From contig NC_086097.1 in the NCBI RefSeq assembly GCF_963921235.1, positions 176,206,001-176,270,000 of the forward strand: DNA of 64,000 nt, in the 5' to 3' direction. This DNA is from Mobula hypostoma (taxonomy: Eukaryota). The notes beneath the pieces were generated by a model. The model saw only the letters and a program-made list of their open reading frames with translations, ran no database searches and was not told the origin of the DNA. Positions 49,160 to 62,344 of the stretch are shown here, one piece after another (positions within the stretch are counted from its first letter, which is position 1; each line of letters starts with the position of its first letter). Made by a program: the position numbers and the translations under genes.

Positions 49160-52060
49160 ATGAACCTGGACCCCAAGATCCCTCTGCTCCTCAACACTGT
49201 TAGGTTTCTTTCTCTTAGCAGTGTGCTGTCTCTTCACAATTGATCTACAAACTGCAGCACTTCACATTTGGCTAGGATAAGCTCCACCTGCTACTTCTCC
49301 ACCCATATCTGCAACTGATCAATATTCTATTATGTTCTTTGCTAGTTTTCTATGCTATTCACAGCACCACAAATCTTCATATGATCTGCAAACTTTCAAA
49401 CCCACCCATTTACATTTTTATCCCAGTCATTCATACGCATCACAAACAGCATTGGACTCAGTACAGATCCCTGCAGAACACCACTAATCACAGACCTCCA
49501 GCTAGAATAGGTCCCTTCTACCCTCTGTCTTCTATGAGCAAGCCAGTGTTGAATCCAAATGGCTAATCACCACGGAGCGCATGCATCATAATCTTCTGGA
49601 TGAGGCTCCCATGAGGGACTATGTCAAATGCCTTAATAAACTAGATGCAGACAACATCCATAGCTCCACCTTCATCAATCACCTTCGTCACCTTGTCAAA
49701 AAACTCTATTAAGTCAGTAAGACATGCCTTGCCTTGCACAAAGCCATGATGGCTCTCCTTAATTAGGCTATGATTTTCCAAATGCTCATACATCCTATCT
49801 ATAAGAATTCTCTCAAATAACCAGTCTCACTAGTCTATAGCTTCCAGGATTATCCTTGGTTTCGTTCTTGAACAATGGAATAATATTAGTTACTCACCAG
49901 TCCTCTAGGACCTTGCCTGTGGCTAGAGAGAACAAAAAGATATTGGTCAAGGCCCCAGCATACTCTTCACTTACCTCTCTCAATAACCTGGGGTATATCC
50001 CATCAGGACCCGGGTCTTATGCACTTTAATGCTCGTTAAATTCCCAATGATACCTCCTCCTTTACTTCAAAATTCCGTGGCATATTAATTTTCTTGTTAC
50101 TGATCTCCCTATCCTCCATGCCATTTTCCTTGATAAATACTGATGTAATGTACTCATTAAGGACCTCACACATCCTTTGCATCCAAACAAATGTTCCTCC
50201 TTTGTCTTTGAATGATCTCACTCCCTCCCTAGTTATCCTCTTTCTCCTGGTGTATGTATAGAATGCCTTGGGATCCTCTTTAATCCTACTTGCCAAGTTC
50301 TTTTCATGGCTGCTCCTGACTTTCCTAATACCCTTCTTCCATTCGTTTTTGGCTTCTTTATAATCCTCCACAGCTCTGTTTGATTCTAGTTTCCTAACTT
50401 TTACGTGCTTTTACTTTTTCTTCTTGACTAAATTCATCAACTCCCTCAACATGCAAAGTTCTCTTACCATGTCGTCTTCATCCTTCCTTCTTACTGGAAC
50501 ATACCTATGCACTTGGTCTTTAAATGCTCTCCACATGTTTGAAGTAGACGTTCCTAAAAACAACTGTTCCCAATTAACTCTCCCTAGTTCCTGCCTAATT
50601 GCCCTTGTAATTTGCTCAGCTCCAGTTTAATACTCTCCCTCAAGGTCCATACTTATCCTTATCTAGAGCTATCTTAAAACTTAAGGAATTTTGCCACTGT
50701 TCCCTATTTGCTCGCCCACTGAAAGGTTGGTCACCTGGCCAGTCTCATTACACACCAGATCCAGTACAGCCTCTGCTCTATCTACAGCAGGGGTTCCCAA
50801 CCGTTTTCATGCCATGGGACCTTCCCTTTAACTGAGAGGTCCATGCATCCCAAGTTGAGAATCCCTGATCTACCAAATGATTTAGGAAACCCTCCTGGAT
50901 GCACATAACAAATTCTGCTCCATTTAAATCTTTTGCACTAAGAAGGTCCCAGTTTATAATAGGGAAGTTGAAGACACCCGCAACAACAACACATATAGGC
51001 TTAGTGGACACGCCCTTCATTATGTCCCTCTGAGTGCGGCTGTGATATTGCCCCTGACTGGTTGTGCAACTCACCCCCCTTTTGCCTCCCTTTCTATCTT
51101 TTCTAAAACATCATAGCTATGGGACATTGACTGCTCATTTTGTCCCTCTCCTAACCAAGTCTCTGTAATGGCCATAACGTTATAGTTACATGTACTGATA
51201 CATGCTTTAAATTCATCACCTTTACCCACAATACCCCTGGCATTAAAGTACACTCTTCAAACTACCCATCCAACCGTATTTATTACTTTGTTCCAGCCTG
51301 TTTTTAGTGGCTCTGAAATCTACCTTCCTCTGCATCCCTTTCTGACCTGGTGCTCTGGTTCCGATCCCCTAACATACTAATTTAAACCCTCCCCCGTAGC
51401 ATTAGTGAAGCTCCTGGCCAGGATATTGGTTTCACTCCAGTTTAGGTGTAACCTGTCCCTTTTGTATGAATCACTCCTGCCCCAGAAGAGGTTTCAATGA
51501 TCCAAGAACCTGAAACCTTGCCCCATGTACCAGTCCCTCAGCCACTCATTCAACTGTAGTATCATCCTCATCCCCCACTCCTGCTGACCAGCACATAGCA
51601 CCAGGAGTTATTCAGAGATTACAGCTCTTCAGTGTCTTTCCTAACTTCCTTTACCCTCTGTGCGGAACTTCCTCCCTCTTTCTGCTATGTCATCGGTGCC
51701 AATGTGCAGCGTGATCTCTGGATGCTCACCCTCTCTCTTGAGGAAATTCTGCAACCGGCCCAAACACATGGGAGGCAATACACCATCCTGGCATCTGGTT
51801 TGCAGCCACAGAATCTCTTGGTTGCCCCCTAACTATCAGGACTTCGATTACTATCGCTTTACCTGCTGAGCCTCAGAGCAGACTAGAGTGCCACTGGCCT
51901 GGCTGCTGCTGCTGTACTTCCCCCAGCAGTATCCAAAGGGATATACTTATCGCTGAGGGGAATGGCCATAGTGAAACCTTGTCTGACTGCTGACTCTCCT
52001 TACTTCTGGCACCCATCCATCTGCTGTCTGAATCCTGCAGTCTGGGTGTGATCACCTCAG
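49160..52060 (-). mobile_element. Decayed CR1 LINE: ORF1, endonuclease, RT
   Basis: MYFNARGIVGKGDEF..MAITETWL; VVAGVFNFPIINW; HEKNLASRIKEDPKAFYTY. Confidence 0.88.
50788..50867. mobile_element. 80-bp hAT (Charlie-like) MITE
   Basis: TIRs CAGGGGTTCCCAAC / GTTGAGAATCCCTG; flanks ATCTACAG and ATCTACCA (6 of 8 match). Confidence 0.8.
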
Positions 52061-52719
52061 GAAAAGTTTCATCAGTGGCGCATGCACAGATGCAGTGGGA
52101 AACTTACTTGCAGTTGCACCACAGGAGCAGAGTATCATAAAAGCAGCATTCTCAAAAATATATATAAATTAAGCAAAATTTATACACATCTTTTACAAGA
52201 AAGAACACAGTTAGAACATAAAAATATACAGTACATTGAATGCATACGATTAAAGCGGTCATGTAGTATAGCAATTAGGGTTGCATGGATGGGTTCCCAA
52301 CAGTCTGGTGATGTGAGTCCTGAGGCTCCTGTACCTTCCTCCTGATGGCAGGAGTGAAAAGGAAGCATGACCTGGGTGGTGGGGTTCCCTGATAATGGAT
52401 GTTGCTTTCCTGCAACAAACAACAGGTCAGGCAGCATCTATGGAAAAAAGTAAAGAGTTGATGTTTTGGGCCGAGACCCTTCTTCTGGACTGAGGTTCAA
52501 AAGCACCTCACGATCTACCTTGTGATCATCTTGCACTTATCATTAACCTGCACTGCACTTTGTTGTGGTGGCTTTTACGCTTGATTTTGCATTGTTATTG
52601 TTTTACCTTGTTGTAGCTCAATGCATTGTGTAATGATTTGATCTGTATGAACAACATCTGAGACAACTTTTCCCTGTATCTTGGTACATTTGACAATAAT
52701 AACCCAATACCCTATACCA

Positions 52720-52850
52720 TTCACCCACTCACCAACACACTGGGGGCAATTTACAGTGGCCAAATAGCCATCTTTGGGATGTGAGAGGAAACCCACATAG
52801 TCACAGAGAGAACATGCAGACGTCACACAGACAGTACTGGAAGTCAGGAT
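52720..52850 (-). mobile_element. V-type SINE fragment
   Basis: ggggcaatttacagtggccaa..tctttgggatgtgagaggaaacccacatagtcacagagagaacatgca. Confidence 0.6.
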
Positions 52851-53755
52851 TTAAGATGTATTGCTTTATTCTGGAGCAGCAGGTGTGTGAGCCACATTAT
52901 TGTGCTGTCAAGTCATGTATACTGTGAAATTTGCAGAACAGCTCCCTTATGCTCACACATAACACCAGTTTATGCAATTGCATTCAGACAAAGATCTTCT
53001 CTGTACCTCGGTACGTGTAACAGCAATAAATCAAATTTACATTAAATTTTCCAGCTTCCAGTAGCATGCTCTTCCTCTGTCCCTTTCCTCTCTCTTCCTG
53101 ACCTACATTATCTCTTCCCCAGCTCCCTGTCACCCTGTGGCTGTCCCTTTCTTACTCACTCTACCTGCCCATGGCCGATACCGCTTCCACTGGAGGGGGA
53201 AACATCTCTCTCACTCTTATATATACCCAAGGATACCACACTGGGCTTTTATGGCAAGGATCTCCAAAGATTATGAACCTTCTGAGAAAATAAATTATCC
53301 CTCATCCCAGCTATGAATGGGCTCCCCTTTATTGAGACCATGCCTGTAGTCTTGGACTCCCCTACAGCACGAAACGTCCTCTCAGTATTTACCTGTCTGC
53401 CCCATCCCTCATTCTTCTAAACTAGAACCTGAACAATCTTTCCTGAGGTGGTTTGTGGATTTCACTTCCAAATAATTCTGTCCTGTCATGAACATGTCAT
53501 TCTAATGATTGCTCCATTGATTTGGAACACACACATCAAAAATAGTTACAACTAAGAACATTACAGCTCAGAACAGGTTCTTTGACCCACAATGTCTGTA
53601 TCAAATTAAACCAACTCTCTTCTGCCTGCATGAATATTCATGTACTTGTCTAAACAAGTTTTAAGTGCCTCTATTACATCTGCTTTCGCTGTCATCCTTG
53701 CCAGCCTATTCCAGGTGCTTGACACCTGGTGTAAAATGACTTGCCCTGCATGCCT

Positions 53756-55978
53756 CATAGAAACATAGAGCAAATTAGAAAACCTACAGCACAATACAGG
53801 CCCTTCGGCCCACAAAGGTGTGCTGAAAATGTCCTTACCTTAGAAATTACCTAGGGTTACACATAGCCCTCTATTTTTCAACTCCATGTACCTATCCAGG
53901 AGTCTCTTTAAAGACCTTATCGTATCCAACTCCACCACTGTCACCGGCAGCTCATTCCACGCACTCACCACTCTCTGCGTAAAAAAACTTACCCCTGACA
54001 TCTCCTCTGTACCTACTTCCAAGCACCTTAAAACTGTGCCCTCTCACACTAGGCATTTCAGCCCTGGGAAAAAGTCTCTGACTATCCACATGAGCAATGC
54101 CTCTCATCATCTTATACATCTCTATCAGATCACCTTTCATCCTCCATCGCTCCAAGGAAAAAAGGCCGAGTTCACTCAACCTATTCTCATAAGGCATGCT
54201 CCCCAATCCAGGCAACAACCTTGTAAATCTCCTCTGTGCTCTTTCTATGGTTTCCACATCCTTCCTGTAGTGAGGCGACCAGAACTGAGCACAGTACTCC
54301 AAGTAGGGTCTGACCAGGGTCCTATATAGCTGCTATATTACCTCTTGGCTCGTAAACTCAATGCTACGATTGATGAAGGCCAATGTACCGTATGCCTTCT
54401 TAACCACAGAGTCAACCTGCGCAGCGGCTTTGAGTGTCCTATGGACTTGGACCCCAAGATCCCTCTGATCCCCTACACTGCCAAGAGTCTTACCATTAAT
54501 ACTATATTCTGCTATCCTATTTGACCTATCAAAATGAGCCATCTCACACTTATCTGGGTTGAACTCCATCTGCCACTTCTCAGCCCATTTTTGCATCCTA
54601 TCAATGTCCCGCTGCAACCTCTGACAACCCTCCACACTATCCATAACACCCCCAACCTTTGTGTCATCAGAAAACTTACTAACCTAACCCTCCACTTCCT
54701 CATCCAGGTCATTTATAAAAATCACAAAGAGTAGGGGTCCCAGAACAGATTCCTGAGGCACATCACTGGTCACTGACCTCCATGCAGAATATGACTTGTC
54801 TACAACCACTCTTTGCCTTCTGTGGGCAAGCCAGTTCTGGATCCACAAAACAATGCCCCCTTGGATCCCATGCCTCCTTACTTTCTCAATAAGCATTTCA
54901 TGGGGTACCTTATCAAATGTCTTGCTGAAATCCATATACATTACATCTATTGCTCTACCTTCATCTATGTTTAGTCACATCCTCAAAAAATTCGATCAGG
55001 TTCATAAGGCATCACCTGCCTTTGACAAAGCCATGCTGACTATTACTAATCGTATTATGCCTCTCCAAGTGTTCATAAATCCTGCCTCTCAGGGTCTTCT
55101 CCATCATTTACCAACCACTGAAGTAAGAATCACTGATCTATAATTTCCTGGGCTATCTCTACTCCCTTTCTTGAATACGGGAACAACATATGCAACCCTC
55201 CAATTCTTTGGAACTTCTCCCATCCCCATTGATGATGAAAAGATCATCGCTAGAGGCTCAGCAATCTCCTCCCTTGCTTCCCACAGTAGCCTGGAGTACA
55301 TCTCGTCTGGTCCCAGTGACTTATCCAATTTGATGCTTTCCAAAAGCTCCAGCACATCCTCTTTCTTAATATCCACATGCTCAAGCTTTTCAGTCTGCTG
55401 TAAGTCATCCCTACAGTTGCCAAGATCCTTTTCCATAGTGAATACTGAAGCAAAGTATTCATTAAGTCTCTTCTATCTCTGCCAGTTCCATACACACTTT
55501 TCCACTGTCACACTTGATTGGTCCTATTCTCTCATATCTTATCCTCTTGCTCTTCACGTACTTGTGGAATGCCTTGGGGTTTTCCTTAATCCTGTCCGCC
55601 AAGGCCTTCTCATGGCTGTTTCTGGCTCTCCTAATTTCATTCTTAAGCTCCTTCCTGCTAGCCTTATAATCTTCTAGATCTCTAGTTTTTTGAACCTTTC
55701 ATAAGCTTTTCTTTTCTTCTTGACTAGATTTACAACAGCCCTTGTACACCATGGTTCCTGTATCCTACTATCCTTTCCCTGTCTCATTGGAATGTACCTG
55801 CGCAGAACTCCACGTAAATATCCCCTGAACATTTGCCATAGTTCTCTGTACATTTCCCTGAGAACATCTGTTCCCAAATTATGCTTCGAAGTTTCTACCT
55901 GATAGCCTCATATTTCCCCTTACTCCAATTAAATACTTTCCTAACTTGTCTGCTCCTATCCCTCTCCAATGCTATGGT
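53756..55978 (-). mobile_element. Relatively young CR1 LINE, 3' 2.2 kb of ORF2
   Basis: [85 protein letters not shown]; several frameshifts. Confidence 0.95.
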
Positions 55979-56120
55979 CTCGCTTAAAGTCCGTCCCCCC
56001 ACCTTAAATATATGTCCTCAGGTGTGAAGTCCCATGCCACCAGATTCAGGAACAGCCATTTCCTTACAACCATCAGGCTCTTCAACCGACCTGTCGAAAA
56101 TTAACTCTATCTCAGCAGTG

Positions 56121-58037
56121 AATACCACGGACACTCTCAGACTACCACAGACACTCTCAGACTACCATGGACACTCTCAGACTACCACGGACACACTCAG
56201 ACTACCACGGACACTCTCAGACTACCACGGACACACTCAGACTACCACGGACACTCTCAGACTACCATGGACACACTCAGACTACCACGGACACACTCAG
56301 ACTACCACGGACACTCTCAGACTACCACGGACACACTCAGACTACCACGGACACTCTCAGACTACCACAGACACACTCAGACTACCATGGACACACTCAG
56401 ACTACCACGGACACTCTCAGACTACCACGGACACACTCAGACTACCACGGACACTCTCAGACTACCACGGACACACTCAGACTACCACGGACACTCTCAG
56501 ACTACCACGGACACACTCAGACTACCATGGACACTCTCAGACTACCACGGACACTCTCAGACTACCACGGACACACTCAGACTACCATGGACACTCTCAG
56601 ACTACCACGGACACACTCAGACTACCATGGACACTCTCAGACTACCACGGACACTCTCAGACTACCACGGACACACTCAGACTACCACGGACACTCTCAG
56701 ACTACCATGGACACTCTCAGACTACCATGGACACTCTCAGACTACCACGGACACACTCAGACTACCATGGACACTCTCAGACTACCACGGACACTCTCAG
56801 ACTACCATGGACACACTCAGACTACCATGGACACTCTCAGACTACCATGGACACACTCAGACTACCACGGACACTCTCAGACTACCATGGACACTCTCAG
56901 ACTACCACGGACACACTCAGACTACCACGGACACTCTCAGACTACCACGGACACTCTCAGACTACCATGGACACTCTCAGACTACCACGGACACACTCAG
57001 ACTACCATGGACACTCTCAGACTACCACGGACACTCTCAGACTACCATGGACACTCTCAGACTACCACGGACACACTCAGACTACCACGGACACTCTCAG
57101 ACTACCATGGACACTCTCAGACTACCACGGACACTCTCAGACTACCATGGACACTCTCAGACTACCACGGACACACTCAGACTACCATGGACACTCTCAG
57201 ACTACCACGGACACTCTCAGACTACCATGGACACTCTCAGACTACCACGGACACACTCAGACTACCACGGACACTCTCAGACTACCATGGACACTCTCAG
57301 ACTACCACGGACACTCTCAGACTACCATGGACACTCTCAGACTACCACGGACACACTCAGACTACCACGGACACTCTCAGACTACCATGGACACTCTCAG
57401 ACTACCACGGACACACTCAGACTACCACGGACACTCTCAGACTACCATGGACACTCTCAGACTACCACGGACACACTCAGACTACCACGGACACTCTCAG
57501 ACTACCACGGACACTCTCAGACTACCATGGACACTCTCAGACTACCACGGACACACTCAGACTACCATGGACACTCTCAGACTACCACGGACACACTCAG
57601 ACTACCACGGACACTCTCAGACTACCATGGACACACTCAGACTACCACGGACACTCTCAGACTACCATGGACACACTCAGACTACCACGGACACACTCAG
57701 ACTACCATGGACACTCTCAGACTACCACGGACACACTCAGACTACCATGGACACTCTCAGACTACCACGGACACACTCAGACTACCATGGACACTCTCAG
57801 ACTACCACGGACACACTCAGACTACCACGGACACTCTCAGACTACCACGGACACACTCAGACTACCATGGACACTCTCAGACTACCACGGACACACTCAG
57901 ACTACCATGGACACTCTCAGACTACCACGGACACACTCAGACTACCATGGACACTCTCAGACTACCACGGACACTCTCAGACTACCACACCACGGACGCT
58001 CTCAGACCACCACGGACACACTCAGACTACCACAGAC
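56121..58037. repeat. Minisatellite: about 95 copies of a 20-bp unit ACTACCA(C/T)GGACAC(T/A)CTCAG
   Basis: 93 in-register units from 56121 to 57980, then about 3 degenerate units. Confidence 0.99.
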
Positions 58038-58084
58038 CTGTGTAAGAGACTCTTTGGTCTTGCACTGAAGTCTCGTTTTTGCAC

Positions 58085-58525
58085 ACCTCAGCACACCACA
58101 GAAACCAACCTCCCATCCATGGATTTTGTCTATACTTCTTGCTGCTTCAGTGAAGGAGTCAACATAATCAAAAACTCCACTGACCCTAGACATTCCCTCT
58201 ACTCCCCTCTCCCACCAGACAGAAGATTCAAATGCTTGAGAACACCAACCACCAGGCTCATGGACAGCTTCGATCCTGGTCAATTCAGACTTTTGAATGG
58301 AGTTCTTATACACTAAAGATGAACCCTTGATCTCCCAGTCTACCTCACTGTAGCCCTTGCACCTTTATTTGTCTTCGTGCATTGTACTTTCTTGGTAACT
58401 ATAACACTATACTCTATATTCTCTTCTCCTTTCTACTACCTAAACGTACACCTCTATTGAATGATCAGTCTGGTACACAAACAATAGCTTTTCACTGTAT
58501 CACAGTGCATGTGACCAACTTACAA
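58085..58525 (+). mobile_element. Rex1/Babar LINE 3' fragment
   Basis: QHTTETNLPSMDFVYTSCC..DPRHSLYSPLPPDRRFK..TTRLMDSFDP..RLLNG plus 3' UTR. Confidence 0.85.
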
Positions 58526-58639
58526 CAGGTGGAACTCACATTAGCTTTGTTTCTCGCTCCCCATCAGTGGAAAGAGAAACAATGCTAATGCCTCATATGG
58601 AAGATTCTGACTCATGGAAACTCAACAACAGTTTTATAA

Positions 58640-60310
58640 AGTATGAAGGAATTGGAGATTTAGCTGGATGAACTCTGGATCATTTTGATGGCTGAGCAAT
58701 TGATCAACAGGACACACAGGGAGGTAATTACATCCAAGGTATAGGACACAGGTAACTGAGTGACCGTTAGGAGTGGGAATCATGATAGGCAGCTAGTGCA
58801 GAGTACCACTGTGGTCATTCCCCGCAGTAACAGGTATACTGTTTTGGATACTGATGGGGTTGATGACCTAGCAGAGGAAAGCCACAGCAGTTATGTCTCT
58901 GGCAATGAGTCTAGCTTTGTGGTTCAGAAGGGAAGGGGGAAGAAAAGATGAGCTAAAATGATAGGGGATTCATTGGTTGGGGGAATAGACAGGAGATTCT
59001 GCAGATGAGAAAAAGATTACCAGATGGCATGTTACCTCCTGGGTTCCAGGGTCCAAACATCCTGGATCAAATCCAGAGTATTCTTAGGTGGGAGTGTGAG
59101 TAGTCAGAGGTTGTGGTCCACAGCTGTATCAATGACATGGGGAGGAAAGTTAACAAGGTCCTGAAATGTGAGTTTAGGGAGTTAGGTGCTAAGTTAAAGA
59201 ACAGGACCTCCAGGGTTGTGATCTCAGGATTGCTCCCATTGCCGTGTGTTAGTGGGGCCAAGGATAGGAAGATAATACAATTTAACATGTGGCTAAGGAG
59301 TTGGTGTAGGAGGGAAGACTTCAGATTTTTGATCATCGGGCTTTCTTCCAAGGAAGGTGGGACCAGTACAGGTGGGAAGGTTTGCACCCGAACTAGAGGA
59401 AGGCTAATATCTTTGGGGGACTGTTTGCTGGTGCTGCAGGGTTTAAAATAGAGTTGCAGGGGAATTGGAACCAGAAGGCTAGAGCAGATAGTGGAGTGGT
59501 TGTGGGAGAAGAAGTTGTTAAGCCTATGTACAAAGTCAGGAAACAAAATGTTGAGCATAGTGGAACTAATGTACTGAGGTGTATATATTTTAATGCAAGG
59601 AGATTTTAGGAAAGGGCGATGAGCTTAGGGCACAGGTCAGCCTGTGAAAATATGATACTGTAGCCATTAGTAAGAATTGGTAACAGAAGGGGCAGGACTG
59701 GCAGCTCAGTGTTCCTGGGTTCTGTTGTTTTAGATGTGAAGAAGCAGGAGGGATTGAAGTTGGAGGGTTGGCATTACTAGTCAGGGAAAATGTCAGGACA
59801 GTGCTCAATCGGGACAGACTGGAGAGCTTGCAAACTGAAACTATGTGTGTAAAACTGAAGAGTAAGAACGGGGCAACCATGTTCATGGGATTATATTATA
59901 TGCTACCTAATTGTCAGTGGGATTTAGAGGAGCATATTTCGAGAGGGATTACAGACTATCGCAGGAAACATGAGGTTGTGATAGTAAGTGAATTAACTCC
60001 TCACATATTGATTGGATTCCCATACTGTAAAAAGTGCTGGATGGGATACAATTTGTCAAATATGTTCAGTAGAATTTCCTTAATTAATATAGTCTCAAAT
60101 AGAGAGAGTGTGATTCTAGATCTCCTATAATTAGAGATTCAGACATTGCAGGTGACAGAAGTTCATATAGGGGAACACTTTCCACCCAGTGATCAAATTG
60201 CCATTGGTTTCAAGTATAGGTTGAGATTCTAATTTGGATAAAGGCCAATTATGATGGCAAGTGTGGATTGGGATAGGTTGTTTCCTGACAAAGGTGTGCT
60301 TGGTCTGAAG
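58640..60310 (+). mobile_element. CR1 LINE 5' part: ORF1 and endonuclease, decayed
   Basis: MIGDSLV, NDMGRK, RVVISGLLPLP..NMWLRSWCRREDFRF; YFNARRF; ALLVRENV..GLYY. Confidence 0.88.
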
Positions 60311-62025
60311 TACATAGAGGCCAGTTGGAGTTCAGGATTCATTAGCAAGGTCAAATAAAAATAAGGCGGGGCAGGTGAAGCAGCCATTGTGTGAGTGGGC
60401 CAGTGTTAGAGCAGGAGACTTTAGGCTTTGGCTCACAGGCCTGGGCGATGTAAGTATTTGTTAAACTTTTTCTTGCTCATTCTTCATCTGTAAGTGTATT
60501 GTTAGGGCAGTTAGAATGCCTCTAGGGGCTGTGTTTTGTGTGAAATGTGGGAATTCTGTTTGTTCCCCATCCTCTCAGATAACCACACATACACCAGGTG
60601 CACCGAGCTGCAGCTCCTCAGAGAACATGTTAAAGAACTGGAGCTGCAACTTTCGGCACATAAGACGAACTGAGGAGATAGATGGGAACTATGGGGAGGT
60701 AGTCATCCCTAAGTTGTAGGATGCAGGTGAACATGTGGCTGTCAGGAGTAGGAACGGAAATAGATAGCTGGTTCAGAGTACCTCTGTGGTCATTCCCCTC
60801 AATAATAAGTACACCATTTTGGTACTGTTGCGGGGATCAACCACCGGTTGTGGATGGGGGGGCGGGGGGTGTGCAGAGACTGGCGTTGAGACTCAGAAGG
60901 GAATGTGGCAGAGGACGAATACAGTGCTGATAGGAGATTCCACCGTTAGAGGATAAGGTAGGAGAGTTTTTGGATGAGATAGAGAGACACAGATGGTATG
61001 TTTACCTCCCAGGCGCCAGGGTTGGGGAAGTCTCAGATTGTGTCCATGACATTCTAAAGGGAGAGGAGGAGCAGCCAGATGTCTTGTCACATATTGGTAC
61101 CAACGACACATGACAGAAATGAGAAGAGGTCCTAAAGAAAGAATTTGGAGAGTTATAATGCTGAAAAGCAGGACTTCAGGATAACAACCTCTGGATTTCT
61201 GCCTTTGCCACGTGCCAGTGAGGGTAAGAATAGGATGATTTGGTAGATGAGTGCATGGCTGAGGGGAAGGATTTCAGATTTATGGATCATTGGGATCTCT
61301 TCTGAGGAAGGTATGACCAGTACAAAAGGGATAGGCTACACCTGAACCTAAGGGGGGCCAATATCTTTCCAGGCAGGTTTGCTGGAGCTGTTGGATAGGG
61401 TTTAAACTAATTTGACAGGGGATGGACAACAGAGTGAATGGTCTAAGGATAGGGATGTTGGTTTACAAACAGAGTTAATGTATAATGTGACTATCAGGAA
61501 GGACAGGCAGTTGACTGGGCAAAATTGCAGTCAGTGGGATGGGCTGCAGTGTGATCAGGGACAAAATTGAAAAGGGTGACAAATACAGGACTGAAGGTGT
61601 TATAATTGAATGCAAAATAAGGCAAATGATCTTGTAGTGCAATTAGAGTTTGGCAGGTATGACATTGTGTGTATCACAGAATCATGGTTGAAAGAAGATT
61701 GTAGTTGGAAGCTTAATCTCCAAGCGTACACAATCCTGTAATGAAAAGACAGGCAGGTAAGCAGAGGAGGAGGAGGGCTCCACTGGTAAAAATGAAAACA
61801 AATCTTTAGAAAGAGGTGACATAGGATTAGAGGAAGTAGAATCCTTGCGGGTAGAGCTGAGGTACTGCAAGGGTAATAGGACCCTGATGGGAGTTATTTA
61901 TAGGCTTCCAAAAATAAACAGGTCTACAAATTAAAGCAGGAGATGGGAAAAATATCAAAAAGGCAATGTTACATTCGCCATGGGGGATTTCAATATGCAG
62001 ATAGATTGGGAAAATAAAATTGATG

Positions 62026-62116
62026 ATCAGCCATGGTCATACTGAATGGCGATGCAGGCTCAAAGGGCCGATTGGCATACTCCTGCACCTATTTTCTATG
62101 TTTCTATGTTTCTATG
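62026..62116 (+). mobile_element. Very short CR1 3'-tail insertion with 6-bp TSD
   Basis: Ends in (TTTCTATG)3; flanked by TTGATG at 62020-62025 and 62117-62122. Confidence 0.8.
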
Positions 62117-62344
62117 TTTGATGCTGGTTACCAAGAGAGAGAATTTGTGGTGTGCCTTGAGATGGCTTTTTGGAGCAGCTTGTGATTGAGCCTAGTAGAA
62201 GATCAGCATTTCTGGATTGGGGATTGTGTAATAAACCAGATATATTTAGGGAGCTTAAAGTAATGGATTGCTTAGGTAACAGTATGATAGTATTCACCCT
62301 ACAATTTGAGATGGAGAAACTGAATGCAGTTCAGTGGAAACTGG

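Noticed and set aside
56121..58037. CRISPR-like array
   Set aside because: Units are directly adjacent with no unique spacers, there are no cas genes, and the context is eukaryotic.
56034..58316. Three overlapping long ORFs (760, 633 and 592 aa) with a repeating TTTDTLRLPRTHSDYHGHSQ peptide
   Set aside because: A 20-bp unit with no plus-strand stop triplet gives the same 20-aa repeat in all three frames. The ORF ends run into LINE remnants. There is no evidence of a real protein.
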